64,000 bases of DNA, from NCBI GenBank assembly GCA_950097015.1, contig CATNEN010000029.1, positions 5,084,001-5,148,000 of the forward strand. Reading direction: 5' to 3'. Positions within the stretch are counted from its first letter, which is position 1. Each line of letters begins with the position of its first letter. A model generated the notes under the pieces. That model was not told the DNA's origin. It did no database searches and was given only the letters and a program-made list of their open reading frames with translations. The stretch is from Macrostomum hystrix (lineage: Eukaryota; Animalia; Platyhelminthes). The translations under genes were made by a program, and so were the position numbers. Positions 59,715 through 64,000 of this stretch are shown one piece after another.

Positions 59715-60975
59715 GTCCTAATCTATAGACACTCAACTAGTTTAGGAGAATCTATAGACACTCAACTAGTTTGGGAGATGGGAGAATCTATAGACACTCA
59801 ACTAGTTTGGGAGAATCTATAGACACTCAACTAGTTTGGGAGAATCTATAGACACTCAACTAGTTTGGGAGAATCTATAGACACTCAACTAGTTTGGGAG
59901 ATGGGAGAATCTATAGACACTCAACTAGTTTGGGAAAATCTATAGACACTCAACTAGTTTGGGAGAATCTATAGACACTCAACTAGTTTGGGAGAATCTA
60001 TAGACACTCAACTAGTTTGGGAGAATCTATAGACACTCAACTAGTTTGGGAGAATCTATAGACACTCAACTAGTTTGGGAGATGGGAGAATCTATATACT
60101 CAACTATAGTTTGGGAGATGGGAGAATCTATAGACACTCAACTATAGTTTGGGAGATGGGAGAATCTATAGACACTCAACTATAGTTTGGGAGATGGGAG
60201 AATCTATAGACACTCAACTATAGTTTGGGAGATGGGAGAATCTATAGACACTCAACTATAGTTTGGGAGATGGGAGAATCTATAGACACTCAACTAGTTT
60301 GGGAGATGGGAGAATCTATATACTCAACTATAGTTTGGGAGATGGGAGAATCTATAGACACTCAACTAGTTTGGGAGATGGGAGAATCTATATACTCAAC
60401 TATAGTTTGGGAGATGGGAGAATCTATAGACACTCAACTAGTTTGGGAGATGGGAGAATCTATATACTCAACTATAGTTTGGGAGATGGGAAAATCTATA
60501 TACTCAACTATAGTTTAGGAGATGGGAGAATCTATATACTTAACTAGTTTGGGAGAATCTATAGACACTCAACTAGTTTGGGAGAATCTATAGACACTCA
60601 ACTAGTTTGGGAGAATCTATAGACACTCAACTAGTTTGGGAGAATCTATAGACACTCAACTAGTTTGGGAGAATCTATAGACACTCAACTAGTTTGGGAG
60701 AATCTATAGACACTCAACTAGTTTGGGAGAATCTATAGACACTCAACTAGTTTGGGAGAATCTATAGACACTCAACTAGTTTGGGAGAATCTATAGACAC
60801 TCAACTAGTTTGGGAGAATCTATAGACACTCAACTAGTTTGGGAGATGGGAGAATCTATAGACACTCAACTAGTTTGGGAGATGGGAGAATCTATATACT
60901 CAACTAGTTTGGGAGATGGGAGAATCTATAGACACTCAACTAGTTTGGGAGATAGGAGAATCTATAGACACTCAC
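59715..60975. repeat. Minisatellite, 29-bp unit GGAGAATCTATAGACACTCAACTAGTTTG with 36/38-bp variants
   Basis: Tandem array with interspersed GGAGATG and TA insertions. Confidence 0.96.
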
Positions 60976-61464
60976 ATAGATACTCACATACAGCAAAACT
61001 GCAAATCCTCAATGGCGACTACAGTAAGGCCTAGAAACAGAACAGAAAGCAAGCAAAGAAGAAATGCGCGACATAGTATCAAAACGACAATGAAAGCGAC
61101 TAATAAAATAGAACTTTTGTTGCCAGGCGACAGTGTATTCACGCAATTCTAGATTCAGTAATTATTAAGTGAGTCTCTCAGCCTCATTGCACTATAGATG
61201 TGTGAGCGAATATTAAACACAGTTTGGAGCCAACCTGCTGGTCGAGAAAAGGACAAATGAGCTACTTATCAGTAATAGTTTCTTACAGGTTTTGATTAAC
61301 AAAAAAACTAAATAATACACCAAAGACGAACAGGTAGGAAACTACACAATAAGAGACAGCTGAATTGAAGAAACACAAATACGACTTTAAAATATTGGTC
61401 CACAATATTCAGGGGTTTTGGAAAATATCACAGAGAACGCAAAAAATCTGTGCCAAACGAGTCA

Positions 61465-62346
61465 CGTGACTGATAGGGATGACTCACTAGGAGATTCCGC
61501 CTAACCCTCGTTGGGTAGTTCAGTTATTAACCAGCTGGTGAGTCGCGTGACTGATAGGGATGACTCACTAGGAGATTCCGCCTAACCCTCGTTGGGTAGT
61601 TCAGTTATTAACCAGCTGGTGAGTCGCGTGACTGATAGGGATGACTCACTAGGAGATTCCGCCTAACCCTCGTTGGGTAGTTCAGTTATTAACCAGCTGG
61701 TGAGTCGCGTGACTGATAGGGATGACTCACTAAGAGATTCCGCCTAACCCTCGTTGGGTAGTTCAGTTATTAACCAGCTGGTGAGTCGCGTGACTGATAG
61801 GGATGACTCACTAGGAGATTCCGCCTAACCCTCGTTGGGTAGTTCAGTTATTAACCAGCTGGTGAGTCGCGTGACTGATAGGGATGACTCACTAGGAGAT
61901 TCCGCCTAACCCTCGTTGGGTAGTTCAGTTATTAACCAGCTGGTGAGTCGCGTGACTGATAGGGATGACTCACTAGGAGATTCCGCCTAACCCTCGTTGG
62001 GTAGTTCAGTTATTAACCAGCTGGTGAGTCGCGTGACTGATAGGGATGACTCACTAAGAGATTCCGCCTAACCCTCGTTGGGTAGTTCAGTTATTAACCA
62101 GCTGGTGAGTCGCGTGACTGATAGGGATGACTCACTAGGAGATTCCGCCTAACCCTCGTTGGGTAGTTCAGTTATTAACCAGCTGGTGAGTCGCGTGACT
62201 GATAGGGATGACTCACTAAGAGATTCCGCCTAACCCTCGTTGGGTAGTTCAGTTATTAACCAGCTGGTGAGTCGCGTGACTGATAGGGATGACTCACTAG
62301 GAGATTCCACCTAACCCTAGTTGGGTAGTTTAGTTATTAACCAGCT
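61465..62346. repeat. 81-bp tandem repeat, 11 copies, abutting the KEAP1 stop codon
   Basis: Unit GTGACTGATAGGGATGACTCACTAGGAGATTCCGCCTAACCCTCGTTGGGTAGTTCAGTTATTAACCAGCTGGTGAGTCGC; TGACTCA at 61480+81n. Confidence 0.98.
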
Positions 62347-62350
62347 ACAG

Positions 62351-63880
62351 CTACACCGAGGGTGCCACACCCAGGCAGACACCATGGCCGCTCTTGCCGC
62401 AGGTCATGGGTTCGCGCTCAATCCAGGTATCTGTGCGCGGACAGTAGACCTCGACAGAGGACACAAATTCGTAGCCGTCGTAGCCACCGAATACCCAAAC
62501 GCAGTCGTCAACGGCGACAGCTGCTAGGGCGCTACGTGGTCGCAGCATAGGGGCGCAGGGCTGCCACTGGTTGGCCTCGGTGTCCAATCGTTCAACTGTG
62601 CGCAATTGTTGACGCGAGTCGTAGCCGCCGATGGCGTAGATATACTTGCCAACGGCGACTACACCGGCGCCGCTGCGGGGTTGCGTCATGGCGGCGGCCG
62701 GCTCCCAACGATCGTCTTCCGGCCAGTAGCGCTCAACCGAGCTCAACCTTTGGCAGCCGTCGAAGCCGCCGACGGCGTACAGAAGACGATCGACGACTGC
62801 AACGCCAAGGCCGATGCGAGCCTGGCGCATTGGGGCGATCGGTAGCCACTGGTCCGAGTCGGGATCATACCTGCGATGGAAAGGTTAATGAGCAGGGCGA
62901 GTTATTGGGGATTTGCGAGGGAATAGCTTCTCGTTAGGGATCTGGGATACTCGTTGTGGATCTGGGATACTCGTTGGGGATCTGGGATACTCGTTGGGAA
63001 TCTGGAATACTCGTTGTGGATCTGGGATACTCGTTGGGAATCTGAGATACTCGTTGGGGATCTGGGATACTCGTTGTGGATCTGGGATACTCGTTGGGAA
63101 TCTGGGATACTCGTTGTGGATCTGGGATACTCGTTGGGAATCTGGGATACTCGTTGGGAATCTGGGATACTCGTTGGGGATCTGGGATACTTTTGGGGAT
63201 ATGGGATCCTAACTGAGGATCTGGAATCTGTGGGGTTAGCTACTTTAGTGGGGATCTGGGGGGATAACAAGGAAGGGAAGGTTCACCTCTCGGCGCTGCA
63301 GTGGGACTGCGACTGGGAGGCACCGCCGACCGCGTAGATTTTATCGTCGATAACGCCGACGGCGACGCGGTTGCGCGACACGGACATTGGGGCGCAGCGA
63401 TGCCAGCGAGAAGAAGAAGCCGCAGCGCCGGAGCCGGAGCCGCTACCGCATCCGGCAGACAGGGAGGAGGGATCGAAGACTTCCAGACAGGCGGCGTCCG
63501 AGTTGCCGCTTTCGTGGTTATTTCGGCCCCCTATTAAATAGACGCATCCGCGTACAGACACAGCGGCCAGGCCGGATCTGGGATTAGCCAAATCCGGCAG
63601 CCGCTCCCAGCGCATTGTGTCCAAGCTGAGGCATTCGAAGGTGCGCAGTGAATAGCGATAATAACCGCCGGCTGCGTAGATGACGGAGTTCAGAGGCGAC
63701 TGACGCCTATTTGGATCTACGCGGCGATGCGATAGCAGGCTGGCGTGCGCCGACGCCAGCAAATCGCGAGCTCGCGGCTGTTCGCGGAGCAGAGCGCAAT
63801 TGCGCAATTGACGATCGATAAAGTCGGGCGATAGGGCGTGACAACGGACCAGTGCTAGCAGGTCTGGCAGCAGCGGCGAC
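62351..63880 (-). CDS. KEAP1: KEAP1 (Kelch-like ECH-associated protein 1), last two exons; BTB/BACK exons lie beyond the window
   Basis: Exons 63287-63880 and 62351-62870. IVR end (LVRCHALSPDFI) plus six Kelch repeats that follow recalled human KEAP1: IYAAGGYYRYSL, PRSGLA, IGGRNN, MSVSRNRVAVGVID, RIGLGVAVVDRLLYAVGGFDG, PRSGAGV, GGYD..QQL, RSALA, GGYDGYEFVSSVE. Confidence 0.9.
62935..63200. repeat. Intronic minisatellite, 21-bp unit GATCTGGGATACTCGTTG(G/T)G(A/G)
   Basis: Fills the last KEAP1 intron. Confidence 0.95.
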
Positions 63881-64000
63881 CTGCCCGCGAAGGATCAACA
63901 GAAACTAAGTTAATAGTCTTTTCTAAGAAACTTTTTATATATTTATTATTTCTAAAAAACAGTTTCCGTTTTTGTCTAAGAAACTGTCTTATAAATTTTT

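Overview
Eukaryotic (animal) genomic DNA with GC-rich exons, a mix of ~80-bp and kb-size introns, and a different minisatellite in most long introns. This style suggests a free-living flatworm such as Macrostomum (inference only). Genes reconstructed by hand: an 8-exon otopetrin proton channel (minus, 8429-17055, one homopolymer frameshift); two divergently transcribed paralogous ionotropic glutamate receptor/IR-like channels (minus 20066-30429, 11 exons, 788 aa; plus 33634-46499, 12 exons, 801 aa) that share an unusual M3 gate (YTADMIGYLT instead of SYTANLAAFLT); two intronless RPL32 copies with near-identical CDS but dissimilar flanks; SARAF (plus, 3 exons); and the 3' part of KEAP1 (minus, runs off the window). 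Mobile DNA: a full-length PIF/Harbinger element (TIRs, Myb/SANT gene, DDE transposase with one frameshift) in otopetrin intron 1, an internally deleted Tc1, a hAT MITE with an 8-bp TSD, two tRNA-derived SINE families and an unclassified dispersed repeat. More than 30 tandem arrays explain most of the long low-complexity ORFs in the ORF track. Top leads: the divergent iGluR pair beside otopetrin (candidate chemosensory cluster with a perfect RFX X-box), CDS-restricted homogenisation of RPL32, an 11-copy AP-1-site array right behind the KEAP1 stop codon, and a GTCACGTGAC (CLEAR-type) cluster. No searches were run; family calls rest on recalled motifs.
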